Source: Candidatus Latescibacterota bacterium
Lineage (GTDB): Bacteria; Latescibacterota; UBA2968; GCA-2709665
Length of the DNA stretch: 64,000 nt
Reading direction: 5' to 3'
Assembly (NCBI GenBank): GCA_965226795.1
Contig: CBDDDZ010000004.1
Coordinates: 832,001-896,000, forward strand
Both the position numbers and the translations under genes were made by a program. Below the pieces are notes generated by a model, which was given only the letters and a program-made list of their open reading frames with translations, did not search any database and had not been told where the DNA came from. Each line of letters begins with the position of its first letter. Position 1 is the stretch's first letter. Below are positions 11,301 to 19,670 of the stretch, in pieces.

Positions 11301-11725
11301 CGCAGCGTGCCCACAAGCCCGGTGTTCACCGATGCGGAGCCGCTCGACCACGACACACCGATACGGACCGACGTGGTATCCGGCTGTGCAACGGCCTGCG
11401 CGTTCGGCAGCGCGTCGCCCGCATCGAAGCCCTCGAAGACAAGCTGCGTCTGATCATACGTCAGGCGCAACGAAACACCACTGGCATCCTGTATGTCCGT
11501 TGCGAAGATCTGTATCGCGAAAAGCTGATTAGGAAGGAGGTCGAGCGAGGACACGGACTGGTCGCCTGCGGCATCGTCCAGGTCCAGCGTGAGAGAAAAC
11601 CCACTCGGCTGCGTGGACGGCGACCACGGGAGCGCGAACACAAACAGGCAGATCAGGCCGACGACGCCGAGGGTGATAGAGCTGATCTTAATTCGTAAAC
11701 CAGAAATTGCGCCGAAAAAGCCCAC
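5391..11725 (-). CDS. Giant surface protein, copy 2 (~2106 aa if repaired), split by a 14-nt insertion at 9365-9378
   Basis: ORFs 9362..11725 and 5391..9530 join into one frame once the 14 nt absent from copy 1 are removed (6321 nt). Contains cohesin-like and PDFDGDGVVGFSDF dockerin-like motifs, cadherin (YDFE, DVDEPP) and FN3 (TWDAP, YEVQVRA) repeats, and a distinct C-terminal region. Confidence 0.85.
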
Positions 11726-12142
11726 GAAATCCTCAATTGAACTGCAAAAATCCGAAATTTGTGTGTCTTTTTTGTGAGTGGGTTCGACATCGATATTTTC
11801 CGGGATAAATATACAAAATGTAATAATAAATATTTAGAAGTAAATTTACCAATGCATTTTCCGATCCAAGTGTCGGGTACCCGCCGAATACAACAGCCCA
11901 TAGGACGTGTTTATCTGTGGTTCGTCAAAGCTCCCGAAAAGGAAAAACGCCACGAACATATCGTAGCGTTACAGATTGCGTTACCGTGGAGCACAGCGAA
12001 GCCGCTCTGGACACGGCATCAAATCTTCGTTCTGGCCTTAAAGATCCAAATGTCTGTTTTAGATATTCATGTATAATCGAATATCAGTTTTGGATTTGAC
12101 CGGCAAAAATGAGTCGCCTATGTGCGACCGCGCCGGACCGCG

Positions 12143-12217
12143 GACGGGATTCTGATCCTGCCCTGGCGGGATTTCCTCGACCGGCTCTGGAGCGGCGCGA
12201 TTCTCCCGCCCGCGTAG
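12143..12217 (+). pseudogene. Orphan C-terminal tail of an ATP-binding (DUF4143-type) protein
   Basis: Reads DGILILPWRDFLDRLWSGAILPPA* with no upstream body. Confidence 0.45.
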
Positions 12218-12238
12218 TCTCTATTCTTACGACTCCCC

Positions 12239-12510
12239 ACGTGTCCCGTCCTTTCCTCTCCGCTTTTTCTGTCCACGCCTTCCTGTTGTCCCGCCCGCTC
12301 TTGCCGCGTCCCCCTGCCCAGCCCGTTCGACCGGCCGCCGCTATCCCACGATCGCATTGATGTTCTGCACAATACGTGTCCCGTCCTTTCCTCTCCGCTT
12401 TTTCTGTCCACGCCTTCCTGTTGTCCCGCCCGCTCTTGCCGCGTCCCCCTGCCCAGCCCGTTCGAACCGGCCGCCGCTATCCCACGATCGCATTGATGTT
12501 CTGCACAATA
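12239..12510. repeat. Tandem direct duplication of ~136 nt including the last ~33 nt of hisG
   Basis: 12239-12374 and 12374-12510 are identical except for one indel (TTCGACCGG vs TTCGAACCGG). Confidence 0.93.
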
Positions 12511-13337
12511 ATGTCCGTCGCGCCAAGCGTGCGCAGGCGGATCAGAAGCCCGGCCGTTTGTGATTTGGGCACGACGGTTTCAATCGCACTCGCGCAATCC
12601 GACAAAGGGCTGAGTGTCGGCGCGCGCCGGGCGGGCAGCGCATCCAGGACTGCATTTCTCTGACAGTTGTCGACGTTTAATTTGATGAGATGCAGATTTT
12701 CGGCCTCGAGCGCGCCGGCCATCAGGCCTCCCAGGGCGACGAATTCGGAAATTCGGCTGCGTGCAATGACAACAATGGGAGATACCATGATTTCATCGAA
12801 TATTTCGAGGCCGTTTTCGCGCAAACTGATGCCCGTTATCGTGACGCCCACGCCATAGTCGAAAAGCTTCATTGCCACCTTTATTTCGGTGCTTCCGTGT
12901 GAGAAGTCGATATCCGCATTCGAATAGCGGTCGCGGGTGATCGCCGGATATTCGGAACTGATCGTCACTGTTGCATTTTGCGACAACGGCGGGCTGTCCG
13001 GCCGTCCGAACAGGATAACGCGGGCAGAGTCGCGGGTATCCCGGCTGATGTTCAGTTCCGCGAGGCGTTGAATTCGGGTGTCGATTGGGGATTCTTGTGC
13101 GAGTTCGGTTTCGACCACGCAGTCCAATCCGCAGATACCGCAGTCGATCTGTCCTTTCAACAGGGCCAGCGGAATATCCTGCGGGCGCATATAGACGGCC
13201 TGGCTGAAAAGGTCGAGACCGTCTATCGCAACCTGACCGTTGCGTCCGCTGGGGCGAATGTCCAGCCCAACTCGGGAGAGCAGGTCGCACAGCGGTTGTT
13301 GCATGCTGCCGTTGGGCAGACCGAGCGTGAAGTTCAT
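12477..13337 (-). CDS. hisG: ATP phosphoribosyltransferase, long form
   Basis: GLPNGSM, MRPQDIP, DCGICGLD, HGSTEIK, TGISLRENGL and a C-terminal regulatory domain (LPARRAPTLSPL, GATDIIV). Adjacent to hisI. Confidence 0.92.
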   Translation of the reverse strand: MNFTLGLPNGSMQQPLCDLLSRVGLDIRPSGRNGQVAIDGLDLFSQAVYMRPQDIPLALLKGQIDCGICGLDCVVETELAQESPIDTRIQRLAELNISRDTRDSARVILFGRPDSPPLSQNATVTISSEYPAITRDRYSNADIDFSHGSTEIKVAMKLFDYGVGVTITGISLRENGLEIFDEIMVSPIVVIARSRISEFVALGGLMAGALEAENLHLIKLNVDNCQRNAVLDALPARRAPTLSPLSDCASAIETVVPKSQTAGLLIRLRTLGATDIIVQNINAIVG

Positions 13338-13340
13338 GTG

Positions 13341-13770
13341 TCACTCCGGGATGGTTTTGGGATCCACGAATTTGAGTTTTCCGTTGGCTATGCTGCGGTA
13401 AAAGCAGCCGTAGCGTGTTCGATCGTTCTCCTTTGTGTGGCACGTTCCATCGCCCTTCAGGCGCACCAGATATAGCAGTGAGTTCTGCTCGCAGTTGATG
13501 CGCACGTCGATCAGTTCGAGCATATCCCCTGACGTTGCCCCCTTGATCCAGAGTTCGTCGCGCGATGTACTCCAGAATGTCGCCACTCGATGTTCAAGTG
13601 CGTGGTCCAGCGCCTGTTCTATTGGCGTAGCCGATCAGGAGTACCGCTTTGCTGTCCACGTCCTGTACGGCAACCGGGATGACGGAGTGGCCGGTTTTTG
13701 CAACCCTGGACAGCTTCTCGAAGTCGAGCTGGATCTCGGTGCCTTCTTCAATTGTGTGATTGGAGGCCAT
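13341..13770 (-). CDS. hisI: Phosphoribosyl-AMP cyclohydrolase with a +1 frameshift at ~13620
   Basis: ATG 13770 gives MASNHTIEEG...IPVAVQDVDSKAVLLIGYAN; after one extra base the frame continues EQALDHALEHRVATFWSTSRDELWIKGATSGD...NCEQNSLLY...TCHT...CFY. Length is 430 nt (3n+1). Confidence 0.88.
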
Positions 13771-13804
13771 GGCGATTTCCTTCTTGCTTAGGATTGAGAG
13801 TCGG

Positions 13805-14527
13805 TCAGGCTTTATCGATGATCGCGACGTAAACGGTTCCCGTTTCAGGAACGAATTTCGAAATCCGCCATCCGGTGTCTTTGAGAATGAATGCCATCTC
13901 TTTTCGAGACACCATCAGGTAATCGAACCAGGCGCCGATATGTCGTTCGTACCGAATCCGGATTCTGAGCTGGCACGAGAACTTACCACGCCTCCGGTTC
14001 GATTCGTGATAACCCAGATGCGCTCTACTCGTATTGGTATATGGGTCCCGGGACTCGGCGATAATCCTCCCGCTGGAAGACGTCATATTGCGCATTTTCC
14101 GCAACAGCCGCCTGGCGCGTTTCAAATTGCCGAAAAGACCGAAATTGGCGCCCATCATGAGCAGGGTGTCGAACTGACCGAGCCGGGAGGAAATCTGCGT
14201 GATATTCAGAACGCTGGCATTCGTGAGGCCGCGTTCCCGGGCCACTCTGATCGCCAGGGGCGAGGCGTCGATGCCCAGGACGTCAAACCCCTTCTGTTGA
14301 AGGTGGACGGCATGTCTTCCCGGACCGCAACCGATATCGAGTACGCGTCCTGAAACATAGTTCATCGACTCCTGATGAAGTGGCGGCCAGTCACAAAAGG
14401 ACTTGAAATAATGGCTCGAATTGCCGGCCGATATGTGCCCATCTTCGCGTTCCACGATTTCCCGGGCGGCCACGCCTCGATGAAAGTCCCACATCATGCG
14501 TCCATATGCATCGTCATTATGTGCCAT
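13805..14527 (-). CDS. Class I SAM-dependent methyltransferase
   Basis: Motif I VLDIGCGPGRH, then VLGIDAS and FDTLLMMGANFG. Confidence 0.9.
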   Translation of the reverse strand: MAHNDDAYGRMMWDFHRGVAAREIVEREDGHISAGNSSHYFKSFCDWPPLHQESMNYVSGRVLDIGCGPGRHAVHLQQKGFDVLGIDASPLAIRVARERGLTNASVLNITQISSRLGQFDTLLMMGANFGLFGNLKRARRLLRKMRNMTSSSGRIIAESRDPYTNTSRAHLGYHESNRRRGKFSCQLRIRIRYERHIGAWFDYLMVSRKEMAFILKDTGWRISKFVPETGTVYVAIIDKA

Positions 14528-14606
14528 ATCTCATTTCCCTGTCCAGGATAAGCCAAACCCGAGAGATTACCGTTATCGGCGAAACCGTACCACGCCGCCA
14601 CCCATC

Positions 14607-14640
14607 AAAAAAGCCCGCTGTCTCTCGACAGCGGGCTTTT
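14607..14640 (-). terminator. Intrinsic terminator of the putative his attenuator
   Basis: Minus strand AAAAGCCCGCTGTC-GAGA-GACAGCGGGCTTTTTT: perfect stem, GNRA loop, U6 tail. Confidence 0.88.
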
Positions 14641-14664
14641 GTTTTCTACACTTGAAATTAAGGA

Positions 14665-14808
14665 CTATGCCACCGCCGAGCAAATTACGCGAAGGGTCGC
14701 GGAACCGATATGATGGGTATGGCGATGGGCTGTATGGGCGTACGGGATCCCCGTTGGAATGTCGTTGGATCTTTGGGAAATGGCCGCAATGTTATTCAGT
14801 GGTTTCAT
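14665..14808 (-). CDS. His-rich leader peptide (47 aa, hisL-like)
   Basis: MKPLNNIAAISQRSNDIPTGIPYAHTAHRHTHHIGSATLRVICSAVA*. Five His codons, all CAT, within 9 codons; the stop is 24 nt before the terminator. Confidence 0.75.
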   Translation of the reverse strand: MKPLNNIAAISQRSNDIPTGIPYAHTAHRHTHHIGSATLRVICSAVA

Positions 14809-14817
14809 AACGCCACT

Positions 14818-14846
14818 AAAATAGAAAAGCCGCGTTCGCCCGTCAA
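14818..14846 (-). promoter_or_regulatory. Sigma70-type promoter of the his leader
   Basis: TTGACG-17 nt-TATTTT, ending 9 nt before the leader ATG. Confidence 0.65.
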
Positions 14847-14957
14847 GAAATTTCTTCCAATGTGCACCGTCGGGGCCACGTCCTTTTGCGTTGTCTCCTG
14901 GGGTTTGATTGCATATTATACGGCGATTTCGATTGTCGATGTCAACGCCGATTTTTA

Positions 14958-15250
14958 GCGGCGGGGACAAGATGCCCTCGATCCGGAAACCTCTCCCCCC
15001 GGCCCCCTCGGACAGAGCGATCAGCTTTCAGCCGTAAGCTGTCAGCTAAAAACGAAAGGCAAAAGGCATATCGCCGTACGGACTGGCGATGGCAATCCAC
15101 GACGGGCGCGGGAACCTCTCCCCCCGTCCCCCTCTCCTAAAGGAAAGGGGGAGGATCTCTCGCCATGTCCGGCGACGCGACACAGAAGGCTCACACGGAG
15201 ACACAAAGGGAAACAATCGAAAAACGGGCAACCACAAGGGTTGCCCCTAC
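14958..15250. repeat. Mosaic of short REP-like palindromes and heptamer repeats
   Basis: AACCTCTCCCCCCG(G/T)CCCCCTC occurs at ~14988 and ~15113; CAGCTTT/CAGCCGT/AAGCTGT/CAGCT heptamers at ~15022-15047; GGGCAACC-ACAAG-GGTTGCCC-CTAC hairpin at 15226-15250. Confidence 0.65.
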
Positions 15251-15280
15251 GAATACAATATGGACGCGGTGGGACGTGGA

Positions 15281-15680
15281 TTGTTCGCGGCATGAAGCGC
15301 ACCGCTCACCATCAGCCTCGAACGCCAAAACCAGGCGTCCCCTGTTGTCCCGAAGAATCGCCGGTACAACAGGTCATCCGCTACGCGGGTGGAGGCAGAT
15401 ACCGCGCTTGAAGGTACAACATCACTATTGAACAGTACATCGAGCAGTCCTATCGAGCGAACGGTGGTGGAGCTGGGGGTTTTTCCGTGCTATTCCGTCC
15501 GGCAAGATAGTTCGGGATGGGCTAGTCCGGTGAAAGGGCAACCCATTCCCATTTGGGCTCTCGAGGTGGTTCACGGAAAAACCGGCCCCGCGCCGAGCGG
15601 CGCCCTTCTTTTTCGCCCTTTTTCTTGGGCGAAGCAAGAAAAAGGGCAAGGGAATAGGGGACGTTTGGGGATGGAGGAAA
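15281..15680 (+). repeat. ~400 nt structured non-coding element, copy A (MITE or ncRNA)
   Basis: Blockwise homologous to the reverse complement of 34929-35348. Several stems, including a perfect 13-bp hairpin 15615-15627/15635-15647. Confidence 0.85.
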
Positions 15681-15721
15681 TTCCATGTCCCTGTAATCAG
15701 ACGTTTTGTTGATCGAAAGGA

Positions 15722-17488
15722 ATGGCCATGTCCAAGGTAAATCCCAATGCACTGACCGTGTCGATTGAAACGCCCATGCCGCCGCCGGAATGGGCGATGC
15801 TCGAAAGGGAATTGATCCGGGCGCAGACGCGGGCGTGCGAAGCGTTCTTCAACCGGTACTTTGACTCGAGGGGTTATCTCCAGTGCGTACCCCGATGGGG
15901 CGGTAACGACGGGCCCGACGACGCAATTGAAAATCTGACGGGTTGGCCCATTCTGCACGCGGTCGGTGCGCCGGATTGCATTCTGAAGATGTACAAGCTG
16001 GGGTGGGAGGGACACCTGTTACAGTATACGGAGGCGAAAACCGTGGAGGTGCCGCTGGCCCGGGATGGGATGATTTATAAAGAGTTTCCGGTGAGCCTGG
16101 ACTGGTTCCACCACGGTGAGAGCCTGGCCGTCTTCAATTTACAGGGATTGTCGGATCCATACGATATCAGCTTTCAGCACCGGGCGCGCCGGTACGCGGG
16201 ACTCTATATGGATGAGGACCCGCAGGCCAGGAATTACGATCCGGAGCACAAGATCATCCGCAGTCTGTTTACGGGAAGCGGAGGGCCCCTGCTCCGGAAG
16301 GCGACGGCGCTGGACTGGGCGGGAGACCCGATTGAGGTGGAGGGACGATTCGACCCGGGGCATGGCGAGCGCAATTTCGAGGAGATGCTGGCGCATTTCG
16401 AGGATTACACGGACGTGGTTGGCGACCATCCCATCAACCTGGCGGCCACTACGCTGGGTCTGAACGCGTTTATGGTGGCTGGAGAGCGGAAATACCGGGA
16501 GTGGGTGGTGGACTACGTGGGTGCCTGGGCGGAACGGGCGGCCGCGAACAACGGGATTCTCCCCAGCAATATCGGGTTGGACGGCACGATCGGAGGCGAG
16601 AGCGATGGAAAATGGTACGGCGGGTGTTACGGCTGGGGGTTCACGGTGGTCGTGCCGCAAACAGGCGAGGTATCAAACCGGAACGCGACATACCGGGGTG
16701 TCGCGGGCTTCGGTAACGCGTTGTTGTTGACGGGCGAACGGAAATACGTGGACGTATGGCGCAGGATGCTCGCCGCGGTGAATGCGAATTCCCGGACGGT
16801 GGACGGAAAAACCATGTACCCGCAAATGTACGGCGACGACGGCTGGTACGCCTATCAGGACTCACCGTACAGCCAGGGTGCGCTGGACGTTTACTACTGG
16901 TCGATGGATCCTGAGGATCTGAAATACGTGCCCGAGAACGCATGGCTGAAGTTTCTGGATGGAAAAAACGAGGGATTTGCGGAGGCCGCCTTGCGCCGGG
17001 AATTTGCCTCAATCCGTGAAAAGGTGAACGGTATGCGCCGGGATACCAGCACGCCCGATACGCGGATGTCGGACGATACGCTGCGGTACAACCCCGCCAT
17101 CAATAGCTGTCTGACCCAGTTGATGCTGGGCGGATTGACCCCCCGCTATGGCGAGGCGCTGCATTGCCGCCTCCGATATTTCGACCCCGTGCGCCAGCGG
17201 GCGGGGATACCCGAGGACGTGGCGGCGCTCGTGGAGGGGATGACGGACGAAACGGTCACGGTGACTCTGGTGAACGTGAATCCGGTGGATCATCGGACCG
17301 TAATCGTCCAGGCGGGGGCCTACGGCGAGCACCAGGTGACCGCGGTTCAGACCGACGACAGTACCCATTTCGTGGATTGTCCCTTCTTCACGGTACGACT
17401 CGCGCCCGGAAGCGGCAGCCGGCTCGTTGTCACCTCGAAGCGGTACGTGAATCAACCGACATTCGCATTTCCCTGGGATAGGGAATGA
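15722..17488 (+). CDS. Conserved-looking hypothetical protein (588 aa), possibly an alpha/alpha-barrel enzyme
   Basis: Long ORF with RBS, rich in W/Y/H/D motifs (GGNDGPDDAIEN, DWFHHGE, WYGGCYGW). Fold is inferred only. Confidence 0.8.
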   Translation: MAMSKVNPNALTVSIETPMPPPEWAMLERELIRAQTRACEAFFNRYFDSRGYLQCVPRWGGNDGPDDAIENLTGWPILHAVGAPDCILKMYKLGWEGHLLQYTEAKTVEVPLARDGMIYKEFPVSLDWFHHGESLAVFNLQGLSDPYDISFQHRARRYAGLYMDEDPQARNYDPEHKIIRSLFTGSGGPLLRKATALDWAGDPIEVEGRFDPGHGERNFEEMLAHFEDYTDVVGDHPINLAATTLGLNAFMVAGERKYREWVVDYVGAWAERAAANNGILPSNIGLDGTIGGESDGKWYGGCYGWGFTVVVPQTGEVSNRNATYRGVAGFGNALLLTGERKYVDVWRRMLAAVNANSRTVDGKTMYPQMYGDDGWYAYQDSPYSQGALDVYYWSMDPEDLKYVPENAWLKFLDGKNEGFAEAALRREFASIREKVNGMRRDTSTPDTRMSDDTLRYNPAINSCLTQLMLGGLTPRYGEALHCRLRYFDPVRQRAGIPEDVAALVEGMTDETVTVTLVNVNPVDHRTVIVQAGAYGEHQVTAVQTDDSTHFVDCPFFTVRLAPGSGSRLVVTSKRYVNQPTFAFPWDRE

Positions 17489-17552
17489 TTAGCTGTCAGC
17501 GTTCAGTTCTCAGCTGTCAGCTCTCCACCCAACCCATTCCGAAGGCACAAGA

Positions 17553-18020
17553 CGCACCGATGACGGCCGAGACGTTTTAGCAGTAGCTGACGAATCTCGA
17601 CATCCTGGCCAGCTACAGCAGGCCCCGCGTATCTGATTACAACCCCTATTCGGAAAGCCAATTCAAGACGCTCAAATACGCGCTATCATACCCCAGGCGC
17701 TTCACCGGTCCGCAGGACGCACGCACCTATTCCCAGGCGTTTCTTTCCCCGGTACAACACCCAACACCGGCACAGCGGCTTGGAACTGCTCACACCCGAT
17801 ACCGTGCACTACGCCCTAAAGCAGCAGATTCAAGCCGCCGGTCAACAGGTGCTCGACCAGGCTAATAACAAACACCCTGAACGATTTGTTATTGGAAAAC
17901 CTCGACCTCCACACGTTCCCGACGCAGTCTGGAATAATCCACCCAGGAACACCATCGAATGCCATCAGTTGCTTCAGTAAATTCCTACGAGAGCCGTCTC
18001 ATTTTTATTCACACGTTTCG
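17553..18020 (+). pseudogene. IS3-family transposase 3' remnant with right end
   Basis: SYSRPRVSDYNPYSESQFKTLKY, with in-frame stops and a frameshift, then HRHSGLELLTPDTVHY and VWNNPP. Ends in CGTCTCATTTTTATTCACACGTTTCG. Confidence 0.8.
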
Positions 18021-18031
18021 AACATCACCAA

Positions 18032-18059
18032 TTGTCTCACTCTATATTGGCACGTAGGG
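18032..18059 (-). mobile_element. Isolated 28-nt IS3-type left end
   Basis: TTGTCTCACTCTATATTGGCACGTAGGG is identical to 51150-51177, which precedes an IS3 orfA start. Confidence 0.8.
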
Positions 18060-18202
18060 TTCTTAAGAGATAATAGGACCTCAATCTTTCGGTTGGAAAT
18101 GTAAATAGGTTTTGTTATTTTGCCTACGTCAACAACCATCTCGAATTTCGCTATTTTGGGTATCCGCTCGCACTACATCCAGCCAGGAGGAGAAACATTG
18201 TG

Positions 18203-18685
18203 ATGAACAAAGGAATACAATATTGGCTTCTGATAACCCTGCTGTTTGCTTTTGCTTTTACGAGTTGTGGCGCACTCCTCAAGGGTTCTACTCAAAGCGT
18301 TGGCATTAAATCCTTCCAACAAGGAAGCACTATTGAAGTTGACGGGCAAACCCACGTCAGCCCTGCTCTGATAGAACTGCCACGAAATCAGAATTATGTT
18401 GTTGCCATCTCAAAAGAAGGATACGAGACACAACAGTTAAGAATTACCCAAAAAATCAGTGGCGGTATCGTTGCCCTTGACATTCTCTGTGGAATTTTGC
18501 CCGTCATTGTAGATGCTGTCATGGGCACATGGTACAACCTCTCACCCAAAGAAATCAATGTCAACCTCGTCAGCAAACAAACCGGTGCCCTCGACATACC
18601 CGTCAAAATGGTTCTGATCGACAACGCATCGCTCAAGGTTGTCTCACCTCAACGTGTCCACATCAGAATAGAACAATCCGAATGA
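18203..18685 (+). CDS. PEGA-domain lipoprotein
   Basis: AGGAGG RBS, lipobox FAFTSC, PEGA-like IEVDG...ISKEGYETQ. AT-richer than the flanks. Confidence 0.8.
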   Translation: MNKGIQYWLLITLLFAFAFTSCGALLKGSTQSVGIKSFQQGSTIEVDGQTHVSPALIELPRNQNYVVAISKEGYETQQLRITQKISGGIVALDILCGILPVIVDAVMGTWYNLSPKEINVNLVSKQTGALDIPVKMVLIDNASLKVVSPQRVHIRIEQSE

Positions 18686-18716
18686 GATAACCCCTTGATT
18701 TCAAAACCTTTCAACC

Positions 18717-18749
18717 AGACCCCACTAACTCTGTTGGTAGGGTCTTTTT
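18717..18749 (+). terminator. Probable intrinsic terminator
   Basis: Imperfect hairpin AGACCCCACTAAC-TCT-GTTGGTAGGGTCT followed by a T run. Confidence 0.55.
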
Positions 18750-18827
18750 ACCGTTTTGTCACTTTGGTGTATTATTCCCAAAAAAGCCCCGTGTCGGGGG
18801 AGTGTTCAAACTTACGGAGGATGTGAA

Positions 18828-19670
18828 ATGAGTCTGGATATCGAAAGATGGCTCCGCCGGCCCAAGATCGACGTGCACTGCCACGTCTGGAACCTGGGGA
18901 ACGAGGCGGACGAGGCGACCTCCGCCGAGCAGTTGATCTCGGCGGGAGAGATGCTGGGTATAACCGAATACTGGTGTTCTTCGCCCATTACGGGTGGCCG
19001 GCTTGCAAGTATTGAAGAAGTGCGCGCGGAGAACGACGCGGTGTTGCGGGCCATGCAGCGCTTTCCCGAACATATCAGGGGCATGTGTTTTGTGATTCCC
19101 GGGCACTACCGGCAGGCGGTGGACGAGGTGGACCGGTGTCTCGACGCAGGGATGATCGGCGTCAAACTCTACAACCAGTACCGGATCAACGACCCGGCGG
19201 TGTTTCCGGTTATCGAACGGGTGATCGAGCGCAAGGTGCCTCTCCTGGAGCACGCGGGTTTCGTGTGCGGCAGGGAATTCCTGGATCAACAGCCGCTGAT
19301 TTCCGATGGACGTCATTTCGCGGAAATGAACCGGTTGTATCCGGAGGCGATGGCCATCCACGCCCACATCGGCGGCGGAGGCGACTGGGAAAACACGATT
19401 CGCGCGATGCGAAACACGTCGCCCAACCTGGTCTGCGACGTGAGCGGCAGCAATCTGGACGATGGACAGGTCGAACTCGCCGTGGCCGAAATGGGGCCCC
19501 ACCGGGTGTTGTTCGGCACGGACGGAACCATGACCGGCAGCGTGGGGAAGGTCATCGACGCAACACTGACGGACGAGGAAAAGGACCTGATTTTCTGGGG
19601 CAACGCGGAGCGGATTCTGGCCGCTCAAGGCGCGGCGCCGATCTTGACGAAGAAGGAGGCCGTGGCATGA
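18828..19670 (+). CDS. Amidohydrolase_2 family protein
   Basis: IDVHCH, GVKLY, LLEHAG, HAHIGGG, RVLFGTD. GGAGG RBS before ATG 18828. Confidence 0.88.
   Translation: MSLDIERWLRRPKIDVHCHVWNLGNEADEATSAEQLISAGEMLGITEYWCSSPITGGRLASIEEVRAENDAVLRAMQRFPEHIRGMCFVIPGHYRQAVDEVDRCLDAGMIGVKLYNQYRINDPAVFPVIERVIERKVPLLEHAGFVCGREFLDQQPLISDGRHFAEMNRLYPEAMAIHAHIGGGGDWENTIRAMRNTSPNLVCDVSGSNLDDGQVELAVAEMGPHRVLFGTDGTMTGSVGKVIDATLTDEEKDLIFWGNAERILAAQGAAPILTKKEAVA

Noticed and set aside
1149..11698. Long + strand ORFs such as 1149..2918, 6438..7607 and 9551..11698
   Set aside because: Antisense shadows of the GC-rich adhesin genes; Arg/Gly/Val-rich with no recognisable motifs.
1..11725. Possible diversity-generating retroelement (template/variable repeat) among the adhesin repeats
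   Set aside because: Differences between copies are not adenine-specific and no reverse transcriptase or Avd gene is in the window.
12239..12510. tRNA or tmRNA-type attachment site
   Set aside because: No tRNA cloverleaf or T-loop consensus; the duplicated sequence is the hisG end plus its flank.
19085..19666. N-terminal extension of ORF 19085..20464
   Set aside because: It overlaps the first amidohydrolase out of frame; the real start is the ATGA-coupled ATG at 19667 with an AGGAGG RBS.
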